Origin: Clostridia bacterium
Lineage (GTDB): Bacteria > Bacillota > Clostridia > Christensenellales > CAG-917
DNA length: 64,000 nt
Direction: 5' to 3'
Assembly: GCA_017461985.1 (NCBI GenBank)
Contig: JAFTSA010000004.1
Location: forward strand, 198,053-262,052
The notes under the pieces were generated by a model, which saw only the letters and a program-made list of their open reading frames with translations, was not told the origin of the DNA and made no database searches. Below, piece by piece: positions 51,150 through 59,827 of this stretch. Every line of letters begins with the position of its first letter. Within the stretch, counting starts at the first letter, position 1. A program made the position numbers and the translations under genes.

Positions 51150-53201
51150 ATGTTTGATGTCAAGAGCCTGAAAACCCTTGAATATGACAAAATTCTTGAA
51201 GAACTTGCTTCCCATGCGCAATCACAGGGAGGCAAGTTCAAAGCAAGAAATCTCACTCCTTTTGAAGACTATGAAGGAGCAGTTCACGCACTAGATGAAA
51301 CTGACGAAGCGGATAGAACGCTTTTTGATTTTTCCGTAAATCCGTCTTTTTCAGTGGACGACATTGACGAAGCACTTCATAGAGCCGCAAAGGGAGCGGT
51401 TTTGTCAATAACCGATATTTTGAAGGTTGGCAGAACCTTGAGGGTTTCAAGAAGGCTGAAAAAGTCAATCTACACAGTCAATGGAGTGCCTATTTTGACT
51501 TCAATGGTTCAGTGTCTTTATGACAATATTGACCTTGAAAACCGCATTTTTGACTCATTTATTTCTGAAACTGAAGTTTCAGACAACGCCTCTGCGGAAC
51601 TGCGCTCAATACGCATACGCATACGCAAACTCAACGACAACGTAAAGACAAAACTGCAAAGTTATATCACCTCATCAACCTATCAAAAGTATTTGCAAGA
51701 CAACATCATCACCGTCCGCGGGGATAGATACGTCATTCCTTTGAAAAGCGAGTGCAAGGGTACAATTCAAGGACTCATCCACGACCAATCTGCATCCGGA
51801 TCGACTTTGTACGTTGAGCCTATGGCAATTGTGGAACTCAACAACGACCTCCGCACTGCAAAGGTTGAAGAGCAAGTTGAAATCGAAAGAATTTTGCGTA
51901 ATTTCTCAATGTCCATTCAAGGTTGTGAAGATAGACTTCGTATTGCATACGAAACCATAACCGATATGGACGTCATCTTTGCAAAGGCACTTCTTGGCAG
52001 AGAGTGGAAGGCAAGGAGACCCAACGTCAACACCAAAGGTGTTGTCCGCATAAACGCTGGTAGACATCCTCTCATTGACGGCAAAAAGGTTGTGCCCGTT
52101 TCACTTTCTATGAACGGTGAAGACAAGATGCTTCTCATCACTGGTCCTAATACCGGCGGTAAGACTGTCACGTTGAAACTGGTGGGATTGTTTGTTTTGC
52201 TTGCAATGACAGGTATGTATGTGCCTGCAAAGTCCGCAGACCTTGCAATTTTTGATGGAGTTTATTGTGATATAGGTGACGAACAAAGCATCGAGCAAAG
52301 TTTGTCAACTTTTTCAGGACACATCAAAACAATCATTGAAATTCTTGACAAAATCACAGACAAGTCATTGGTTTTGTTTGATGAATTGGGGGCAGGCACA
52401 GACCCGGGTGAAGGTGCAGCACTTGCCGTCAGCATAAGTGAAAGAATAATCTCGGTTGGAGCAAAAGCACTTGTCACGTCACACTTCAATGATTTGAAGG
52501 AATTTGCCCTTGTCACAAAAGGTGTGGTTTGTGCATCAATGGAGTTCAACGTTGAAACGTTATCACCCACGTACAAATTGGTTATGGGAGCAATTGGTTG
52601 CTCAAATGCTCTTGATATAGCCAAAAAGCTTGGGCTTGATGATGAAATCATCAACCGCGCCAAAAACAAAGTATCCCCTGAAAAACGCAGATTCGATGAA
52701 GTTCTCAATGCTGCCGAAGAAACTCGCAGAAAGGCTCAACAATTGGTCACAGACGCAAGTCTTGACCGAGCCAAAGCAAGAGAGGCACTTATTGATGCTG
52801 AAAAGGAAAAGGCAGTTATAGCTCAAAAGAGAGAAAAACTGGACGAAACAATCCGTAAAGGCACAAAGAATCTCATTGAAAACTCAATGGAAGAGGCAAA
52901 TGACATTATTGCATCTCTTAAAGAAATCCTTGCAAAGCCTGAAGAAGAAATTGCACCCGCAGATTTGTTTGAAGCACACAAGCTGAAGAAGAAACTTGAA
53001 ACAATGTCTGTCGAATACGACAAAGAAAGTGTGGTTGAAGACCAAGAAATCCCCGGTGAAATCAAGGTAGGTGACAACGTTTGGGTGAAATCTCTTGGCA
53101 AAAAAGGTAAACTTGTCAAGGCAAATAATCGTGAGGGAGAAGTTTCCTTTGGAAAAATCTCTGTGAAAGTGAAGAAAAACGACTACTACAAGGTGAAATA
53201 A
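51150..53201 (+). CDS. mutS2: MutS2-family ATPase lacking the C-terminal Smr domain
   Basis: GPNTGGKTV Walker A, DELGAGTDP and TSHF, then a long coiled-coil. Ends just after the KOW-like VGDNVWVKSLGKKGKLV segment (683 aa). Confidence 0.85.
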   Translation: MFDVKSLKTLEYDKILEELASHAQSQGGKFKARNLTPFEDYEGAVHALDETDEADRTLFDFSVNPSFSVDDIDEALHRAAKGAVLSITDILKVGRTLRVSRRLKKSIYTVNGVPILTSMVQCLYDNIDLENRIFDSFISETEVSDNASAELRSIRIRIRKLNDNVKTKLQSYITSSTYQKYLQDNIITVRGDRYVIPLKSECKGTIQGLIHDQSASGSTLYVEPMAIVELNNDLRTAKVEEQVEIERILRNFSMSIQGCEDRLRIAYETITDMDVIFAKALLGREWKARRPNVNTKGVVRINAGRHPLIDGKKVVPVSLSMNGEDKMLLITGPNTGGKTVTLKLVGLFVLLAMTGMYVPAKSADLAIFDGVYCDIGDEQSIEQSLSTFSGHIKTIIEILDKITDKSLVLFDELGAGTDPGEGAALAVSISERIISVGAKALVTSHFNDLKEFALVTKGVVCASMEFNVETLSPTYKLVMGAIGCSNALDIAKKLGLDDEIINRAKNKVSPEKRRFDEVLNAAEETRRKAQQLVTDASLDRAKAREALIDAEKEKAVIAQKREKLDETIRKGTKNLIENSMEEANDIIASLKEILAKPEEEIAPADLFEAHKLKKKLETMSVEYDKESVVEDQEIPGEIKVGDNVWVKSLGKKGKLVKANNREGEVSFGKISVKVKKNDYYKVK

Positions 53202-53710
53202 TGACAGACCTGTACGTCCAAAACATTGAAAACCCTTTGTCAAAATCTGCAAGAAAAAAGCAAATTGCAGGGGTTTTGTTTACGCTTCTTGGCATTGGTC
53301 TTATCATTGTGGCAACTGCGGTCAGTTATTACGCTTTTATCGGCGTAGGAATTCTTCTTGCACTAGGCACCTATCTCACTGTCAGCTACAACAAAACAAT
53401 CAAATCATACGAATATGGCTGCAACACCAGTAGACTTATTTTTTCAGTGACAACGGTCATAGCACGCACCGAAAGGAAGATTGAAATCTTGCTTGACGAC
53501 GTTGTTGAATACGGCGATTTTGATGATTTGACGGTTGAAAGCGACTATATTATGTGCCCAAACACCAACGAAGTTGGTGTCAAAGCGATTGTGTTCAACC
53601 TTGACGGCAAAAAGGAAAGAGTTTTGTTTTTGCCCGATGACTATATGAATGCATTTTTGAAAGAAACATTGAAAAAGGAGGTTGTACGCAACGAATATGA
53701 CAGATTTTGA
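53201..53710 (+). CDS. Hypothetical small membrane protein translationally coupled to mutS2
   Basis: 169 aa with two adjacent TM helices (GVLFTLLGIGLIIVATAV / FIGVGILLALGTYL); TAATG overlap with mutS2. Confidence 0.6.
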   Translation: MTDLYVQNIENPLSKSARKKQIAGVLFTLLGIGLIIVATAVSYYAFIGVGILLALGTYLTVSYNKTIKSYEYGCNTSRLIFSVTTVIARTERKIEILLDDVVEYGDFDDLTVESDYIMCPNTNEVGVKAIVFNLDGKKERVLFLPDDYMNAFLKETLKKEVVRNEYDRF

Positions 53711-54848
53711 CTTGATTTATCTTGACAATGCGGCAACCACAAAGCCCTATGATGAGGTCATTGAAAGATACGTGGAGTGTCAAAAGGCCTATTTCAATCC
53801 GTCTGCACTTTACAAACAAGCAGTCGACGGCGCAAGCGCAATCAAAAATGCAAAGAAAACCATTTTGAAGGCGTTGCATGCACCTGAAGGTGACACGCTA
53901 TATTTTACCTCTGGTGGCACTGAAAGTGACAACTGGGCAATTTTTGCCACTAAAAAGGCAAAGGGAAGCCGTATCATCGTTGGCGAGGGTGAACACGATG
54001 CAGTGGTCAATCCTGCAAAAGAACTTCAAATGCAAGGATTTGACATGTGTTTTGCTCCTATCAATCCTGATGGAAGCATAAACGTTGAAGAATTTTCAAA
54101 ACTTGTCACCCCCGACGTCAGTTTTGTGTCAATAATGCATGTCAGCAATGAAACTGGTGCAATCAACGATATCGCAAAACTTGTCAAAATTGTGAAGAGC
54201 AAAGCACCTAAGGCAATATTCCACAGCGACGGTGTACAAGCATTTGGAAAGACAAAGGTCAATCTCCGCACTTTGGGCGTTGACCTCTATTCAATTTCTG
54301 CTCACAAAATCCACGGGCTAAAAGGAATAGGCGCACTTTACGTGAAAAAGGGAACTTCAATCAAGCCTCTTTTGTATGGTGGTGGTCAAGAAAGCGGAAT
54401 GCGCTCTGGCACAGAGAATATGCCTATGATTTGTGCTTTTGAAGAGGCAGTCAAGCAAAATCAAGTAAATTTTGAAGAAAATTATTCCAAAAAATCACGA
54501 TTTATGGAACACTTCAAACAAAAATTGTTGGCAGTGTTGCCTGATACGACTGTCATTTCTCCCGCTGAAAATGGTGTGCCTAACATTTTGACGGTTGCTT
54601 TTGAAACTATAAGAGGCGAGGTGCTTTTGCACTCCCTTGAAAAACACGGCATTTTGGTTGGAATTGGATCGGCATGCAGTTCACATCACGAAAGTAGATT
54701 TAAAAAACTGCTCAACCTTGATGAAATGCATAGAGACGGCATTGTAAGATTCAGCATTGGCAATTTCAACGATATAAACGAAGTTGATTTCGTTGTTGAC
54801 AAGATTGCCGAAGAAATGAAAACACTTAAAGAATACGCGAGAAAATAA
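53697..54848 (+). CDS. iscS: Cysteine desulfurase (NifS/IscS class V aminotransferase)
   Basis: IYLDNAATTKP, SAHKIHGLKGIGALYV (PLP Lys) and GSACSS (catalytic Cys); paired with thiI. Confidence 0.9.
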   Translation: MTDFDLIYLDNAATTKPYDEVIERYVECQKAYFNPSALYKQAVDGASAIKNAKKTILKALHAPEGDTLYFTSGGTESDNWAIFATKKAKGSRIIVGEGEHDAVVNPAKELQMQGFDMCFAPINPDGSINVEEFSKLVTPDVSFVSIMHVSNETGAINDIAKLVKIVKSKAPKAIFHSDGVQAFGKTKVNLRTLGVDLYSISAHKIHGLKGIGALYVKKGTSIKPLLYGGGQESGMRSGTENMPMICAFEEAVKQNQVNFEENYSKKSRFMEHFKQKLLAVLPDTTVISPAENGVPNILTVAFETIRGEVLLHSLEKHGILVGIGSACSSHHESRFKKLLNLDEMHRDGIVRFSIGNFNDINEVDFVVDKIAEEMKTLKEYARK

Positions 54849-54887
54849 CATTTATCCCTTTGGGATAAAGTCCACAATGGAGAATAT

Positions 54888-56072
54888 ATGAACAACGTAA
54901 TTATCATAAGATACGGCGAAATTTTCCTTAAAGGAAAAAACAGAGATTATTTTGAAAGTTTGCTCATCAAGAACATTAAAGTTGCTCTTGAAGACTATGA
55001 CTATAAGTTTGTCCGCACTCAAGGCAGATATTTCATTGAAGACTTTTCAGAAGATGACGGATATGAAATTATGGAACATTTGAAGTGTGTCTTTGGCATT
55101 TACTCACTTTCATACGCAACAAAAGTTCCTACAAACTTTGAGGGTGACTTCAAAGAAGTCAAGGAATCATTGAAAACACTTGCAAAAGAAATCAATGAAG
55201 AAAACACAATCCTTAATCCTACCTTCAGAGTGACTGTAAAGCGTGCAGACAAGCGTATCCCTATGAAGTCATACGAAATCGCAGGGGAACTTGCAGGCGT
55301 GATTCTTGCCACCGTACGCTTTAAGGTGTCACTTGAAAAGCACGACTATGAATTTATGGTGGATATGCGTGAAAACGGTTATTCCTACGTTTATTCGAAG
55401 GTGTTTATGGGTGCAGGCGGTTTGCCCGTTGGTTGCAGTGGAAAGGGTATGATGCTTTTGAGCGGAGGTATTGACAGCCCCGTTGCAGGATATATGATGG
55501 CAAAACGAGGCATGAAACTCTTTGCAGTCCACTTTGCTTCACCTCCTTACACTTCAGACAAGGCAAAGGAAAAGGTCATCGAACTTAAGGAAATAATGGA
55601 AAAGTATGCAGGCAAAATCAAACTTTACGTTGTTCCTTTCACAGATATTCAAATGGAAATCCACAAATCTTGCCCCAGTGAGTTTATGATCACTATTATG
55701 CGCAGATATATGATGCGCATCGCAACAATTCTTGCAGCAAAAGAAGATTGCAAGTCAATTGTGACAGGTGAAAGTCTTGGTCAAGTTGCTTCGCAAACAG
55801 TTGAAAGCATGACTTGCACCGGAGCAACCACAGATCTGCCCATTTTCCGTCCTCTAATTGGCTTTGACAAGGAAGACATTATGACTCTTGCAAAGAAGAT
55901 TGGCACATTTGAAACATCAATCCTTCCTTACGAAGATTGCTGTACAGTTTTCTTGCCTAAGTCTCCTGCCATCAAACCTCGTCTTGCTGTTGTTGAAAAG
56001 GCAGAGCAAGCAATGTGGGAAGTTGGTGAGGAATTGATGAAGAAGGCAATTGAAAACGTGGAAATCATCTAG
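54888..56072 (+). CDS. thiI: tRNA 4-thiouridine synthase ThiI (no rhodanese domain)
   Basis: Ferredoxin-like and THUMP N-terminal region; PP-loop SGGIDSPVA. Confidence 0.9.
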   Translation: MNNVIIIRYGEIFLKGKNRDYFESLLIKNIKVALEDYDYKFVRTQGRYFIEDFSEDDGYEIMEHLKCVFGIYSLSYATKVPTNFEGDFKEVKESLKTLAKEINEENTILNPTFRVTVKRADKRIPMKSYEIAGELAGVILATVRFKVSLEKHDYEFMVDMRENGYSYVYSKVFMGAGGLPVGCSGKGMMLLSGGIDSPVAGYMMAKRGMKLFAVHFASPPYTSDKAKEKVIELKEIMEKYAGKIKLYVVPFTDIQMEIHKSCPSEFMITIMRRYMMRIATILAAKEDCKSIVTGESLGQVASQTVESMTCTGATTDLPIFRPLIGFDKEDIMTLAKKIGTFETSILPYEDCCTVFLPKSPAIKPRLAVVEKAEQAMWEVGEELMKKAIENVEII

Positions 56073-56090
56073 TTTTGAAGCAAAATATGA

Positions 56091-56120
56091 AAATGGCAAC
56101 AAATGTTGCCATTTTTTTTA
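56091..56120. terminator. Bidirectional intrinsic terminator between thiI and the convergent PBP1A gene
   Basis: AATGGCAAC-AAAT-GTTGCCATT with T-runs on both strands. Confidence 0.8.
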
Positions 56121-56144
56121 TTTCAAAAATAATTAATAATTGAC

Positions 56145-58394
56145 TCAAAACATTATCGTTTTGGTGCATGTGCCCACAAGTTTTCTTTCGTTGCCGTTTG
56201 AGACAAATATATCAAGGGTATAGGTTATTGGCAGACCAAAAGATATGGGATTGTCACTTAATTGCACATCTGTTTTGCCGGTTGATGAGTAGATTATTTT
56301 CTCTCCAAAAACGTCTTTTCTAGTCAGCGTATATTGATACATTTCCTTGGTGTCAAATGAAATAATAACCATTGGATTCAGACCATTTTTGATTGAAATA
56401 TCAAAGTCAATTTCGCAGTTATCAAACAGTGATTTTCCAAAATTAACACTTTTAGATGCTGTAAAAATCTCATTTGATATATATTTTGAGGGGGTTAAGG
56501 ACATTGCAAGAGTCACTTGCATATTTTCCTTGGTTGAGTAGGTGTCAACAGGTAGAGAAATGATTGAATCGGGTTTTTCGATTTCTCTATAAAAGTCGAC
56601 TTTTTCAGTTGTTTGATGCAAGTCTTTCCATAGGTTTGAGGCGTGTTTAGTTGGGTGTCCGCCTCCTGTTTCATTTGAGTCACCATGCCACACTGCAAGA
56701 GTATATTTTTTGTTGAAACTGACGCACCATGCATCGGAGTTTTGCCCGCTTTTGTCATCACTTACCGTGCCTGTTTTTGCTGCGACCTTGAAAGGTAGAG
56801 AAGATAAACTTCTTGCCGTGCCGTCCTCAACCGTGTCATACAAGCAATCTGCAATGAGATATGCAGTTTCCCTTGAAATGATAGGCTTACTGTTGGTTTG
56901 GTGTGTCCAGATTTTTCTATCCTTATCGATAATAGTGCGAACAAATGTTGGCGTGACAATTTGCCCTTCATTTGCAAACGTTGAATAGGCTGTGGCAAGT
57001 CGCAAAGGACTTTGTCCTTTTTCAGTTGCGCCAAGTGCAGTTGTCAGGTTTTTGTCTTTGTCAGTCAAGGTCAAATTGAACTTTCTTCCATATTCAACAA
57101 GTTTGCTTTCACCAATATATGAAGCAATTTTGACAGCAACAGTGTTTGAGGATTTTTTGATTGCTTCTCTTGGAGTGATTATCCCAAAATATTTATCCCC
57201 ATAGTTTTTAGGCGACCAACCCCCAAAACTGATTTGCTCGTCATTAATTGGTGTGGCAAGGCTGACTGAACCTGCTTCTAGGGCAGGAGCGTATACTACG
57301 AGTGGTTTTATCGTTGAGCCTAGTTGGCGAAAGACTTCGTAGTCTAGCGATGAATGATATGCGAGGACGTATCCTGTGTCGTTGTCCAAAACGATAGAGG
57401 AGTTGTCCACGTTGGAATTTGAAAAATTGCTGGTTAGATTGCTGTTTTCTGTTAATATTCTTTGAATATTATGATCAAAAGTCGTGTGTATAGTCAGCCC
57501 TGAATTGTCAAGTTGATATTTGGTTATATTGAGAGTTTCGCAAACTTGGTTGATGACCATATCAATGAAAAATTTTGATGTGCTTGATTTTTTAGGAGTT
57601 GAAGTGGCAAGAGGCTCACTTTTGGCTTTTTCTAGTTGAGCATCGTCAATATATCCTTGCTTGTGCATAACTTCAAGAACAAGGTTTCGTCTTTCTTTGG
57701 AATTTTCGGGTTGATTGGTAGGGGAGTATTTTGTAGGGCTTTTGATGATTCCGGCAAGAGTTGCGCACTCACTTAGAGTTAGGTCTTCCACTGCCTTGTC
57801 AAAATAGAGTTTTGAAGCGGATTTAATGCCATATGCACCACCGCCAAAATAAATGACAGACAAATACATTGAAAAGATTTGATCTTTTGAATATTTTTCC
57901 TCAATTTTAGTGGCAAGAGCAATTTCTTTAAGTTTTCTAGTTATTGTTTTTTCAAAGGTTAAGTGAGTGTTTTTGACAAGTTGTTGTGTGATTGTTGACG
58001 CGCCTTCAACTGCGCCACCACTTTTTATATTTCTTACAACTGCACCAACTATTCTATATGGGTCATAGCCACTATGACTATAAAACCTTTTGTCTTCAAG
58101 GGCAACAAAAGCGTTTTTCAAGTTGGTAGGGATATCGTCTGGTGATATATAGTTGTCGCTTATATAGTCCATTTTGTTGCCATTTATGTCGTAGAAAACA
58201 GGCAGGTTTTTTGCCATAGGCAAAAGGTCTTCATCAACTTGAAAACTGTCCGCCCAAAGACTGAAAGCAACAAGTGAAGACGCCAAAATCAACAGCAATA
58301 TGCCAAAGATAATAGGCAATGGGCTGAAAATGACTGCGAATTTTGTTCTTTTAAGCAAATATCTTGGCTTTTTCATACAAATTAGTGTTGTCAT
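56145..58394 (-). CDS. Class A bifunctional penicillin-binding protein (PBP1A; glycosyltransferase GT51 plus transpeptidase)
   Basis: EDKRFYSHSGYD and RKLKE GT51 motifs; STIKP, SSN and KTGT transpeptidase motifs; ~130 aa beta-rich C-terminal extension. Alternative start at 58376. Confidence 0.9.
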   Translation of the reverse strand: MTTLICMKKPRYLLKRTKFAVIFSPLPIIFGILLLILASSLVAFSLWADSFQVDEDLLPMAKNLPVFYDINGNKMDYISDNYISPDDIPTNLKNAFVALEDKRFYSHSGYDPYRIVGAVVRNIKSGGAVEGASTITQQLVKNTHLTFEKTITRKLKEIALATKIEEKYSKDQIFSMYLSVIYFGGGAYGIKSASKLYFDKAVEDLTLSECATLAGIIKSPTKYSPTNQPENSKERRNLVLEVMHKQGYIDDAQLEKAKSEPLATSTPKKSSTSKFFIDMVINQVCETLNITKYQLDNSGLTIHTTFDHNIQRILTENSNLTSNFSNSNVDNSSIVLDNDTGYVLAYHSSLDYEVFRQLGSTIKPLVVYAPALEAGSVSLATPINDEQISFGGWSPKNYGDKYFGIITPREAIKKSSNTVAVKIASYIGESKLVEYGRKFNLTLTDKDKNLTTALGATEKGQSPLRLATAYSTFANEGQIVTPTFVRTIIDKDRKIWTHQTNSKPIISRETAYLIADCLYDTVEDGTARSLSSLPFKVAAKTGTVSDDKSGQNSDAWCVSFNKKYTLAVWHGDSNETGGGHPTKHASNLWKDLHQTTEKVDFYREIEKPDSIISLPVDTYSTKENMQVTLAMSLTPSKYISNEIFTASKSVNFGKSLFDNCEIDFDISIKNGLNPMVIISFDTKEMYQYTLTRKDVFGEKIIYSSTGKTDVQLSDNPISFGLPITYTLDIFVSNGNERKLVGTCTKTIMF

Positions 58395-58416
58395 CTTGCC
58401 TACTTTTATGTATAAT
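58388..58416 (+). promoter_or_regulatory. sigmaA promoter of miaB-mutS-mutL (TTGTCA-17-TATAAT)
   Basis: TTGTCA at 58388-58393 and TATAAT at 58411-58416. Confidence 0.6.
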
Positions 58417-58436
58417 AATTATTCAAGATACATTAC

Positions 58437-58464
58437 CGTGCGCACGTATGCACATTTGCGCACA
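58437..58464. repeat. GC-rich alternating purine/pyrimidine element (miaB 5' UTR)
   Basis: CGTGCGCACGTATGCACAT (19 nt of perfect alternation), then T, then TGCGCACA. GTGCGCA/TGCGCAC forms a 7 bp stem with a 12 nt loop. Lies 9 nt upstream of AAAGGAA-ATG. Confidence 0.7.
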
Positions 58465-58473
58465 AAGGAATTT

Positions 58474-59820
58474 ATGAAATACAAAGTCGTCACATACGGA
58501 TGCCAAATGAACGTCCACGAATCTGAAAAGGTTGCTGGCGTCCTTGAAAATATGGGATATACACTCTGCGGTGAAGAAGAAATCGCAGACGTTTTGGTAT
58601 TCAACACTTGTTGTATCCGTGACACTGCCGAAAGACGTGCTCTCGGCAATATCGGCGTTGTCAAAGCAGAGAAGAAACAAAACCCCGATATGATCATTGT
58701 GGTCATTGGTTGTATGCCTGCTCAACCCGGCGTGGCAGATATGATAAAGGAAAGGTATCCTTATGTGGATATCGTCCTTGGCACAAGAAATCTTGACGTC
58801 CTTGAAAGCGAAGTGAGAAAGGTCATTGAAAAGCGTGCAACAAGACGCAAAAATGACAAGAAATATCGTTGTTTCAACGTAGATGAGCCTGCCAACTATC
58901 TCGAACTTGACGAGCAACTTGCTGTTGCAAGAACTTCGTTCCCTAATGCGTGGGTGAACATTATATATGGTTGCAACAATTTCTGTTCATACTGCATTGT
59001 GCCATACGTTAGAGGCAGAGAAGTTTCAAGAGATATGAACGCTGTTCTTGACGAAGTCAAGAGATGTGTTGATGAAGGATATAAGGAAATCACTTTGCTC
59101 GGTCAAAACGTCAATTCATACGGCAACGATTTGCACCTTGACGGCGTGAATTTCGCATCACTTCTCAACGAAATTGACAAGATTGAAGGGAAGTTCCGTG
59201 TGAGATTTATGACCTCTCACCCCAAGGATTTGAGTGAAGCGGTGGCAGACGTTATGGCAGGATCAAGCAAGATTTGCTCAAATATCCATCTTCCCATACA
59301 AAGTGGCTCTACAAAGGTGCTTCGTGATATGAACAGACGCTATGACCGCGACCACTATTATTCACTGATTGAAATGCTCCGTTCAAAGATGCCCGACATC
59401 GGCATAACCACCGATATTATGGTTGGTTTCCCCACAGAAACCGAAGAGGACTTTGAAGACACAATGGATATGGTGAGAAAAGTGCGATATTCAAACGCAT
59501 TTACTTTTATTTACTCACCTAGAAAGGGCACTCCTGCGGCCAAGATGGAGCAAATCCCTTATGAAATCAAGAAACGCAGAATTGGTGAACTTATCAAACT
59601 GCAAAACTCAATAACAAAGGAACTTTCTGCTGAATATATCGGCGGAGTGTATGAAGTGCTTGTTGAAGACCTTGCACCAAAACACGAAAATATGGTGTGC
59701 GGACGCACTGAAAGTGGTCGTCTTGTCACTTTTGACGGCACTGCAAATGACATTGGCGAATTCAAAAAGGTTATGATAACCGAATCCCGTTCAGCATCCC
59801 TGTTCGGGCACACAATATAG
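58474..59820 (+). CDS. miaB: tRNA-2-methylthio-N6-dimethylallyladenosine synthase MiaB
   Basis: UPF0004 Cys triad (YGCQMN...NTCCIR...GCM), radical SAM CNNFCSYCIVP and a TRAM domain. Start at 58474, not 58300. Confidence 0.9.
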   Translation: MKYKVVTYGCQMNVHESEKVAGVLENMGYTLCGEEEIADVLVFNTCCIRDTAERRALGNIGVVKAEKKQNPDMIIVVIGCMPAQPGVADMIKERYPYVDIVLGTRNLDVLESEVRKVIEKRATRRKNDKKYRCFNVDEPANYLELDEQLAVARTSFPNAWVNIIYGCNNFCSYCIVPYVRGREVSRDMNAVLDEVKRCVDEGYKEITLLGQNVNSYGNDLHLDGVNFASLLNEIDKIEGKFRVRFMTSHPKDLSEAVADVMAGSSKICSNIHLPIQSGSTKVLRDMNRRYDRDHYYSLIEMLRSKMPDIGITTDIMVGFPTETEEDFEDTMDMVRKVRYSNAFTFIYSPRKGTPAAKMEQIPYEIKKRRIGELIKLQNSITKELSAEYIGGVYEVLVEDLAPKHENMVCGRTESGRLVTFDGTANDIGEFKKVMITESRSASLFGHTI

Positions 59821-59827
59821 GTGAAAT

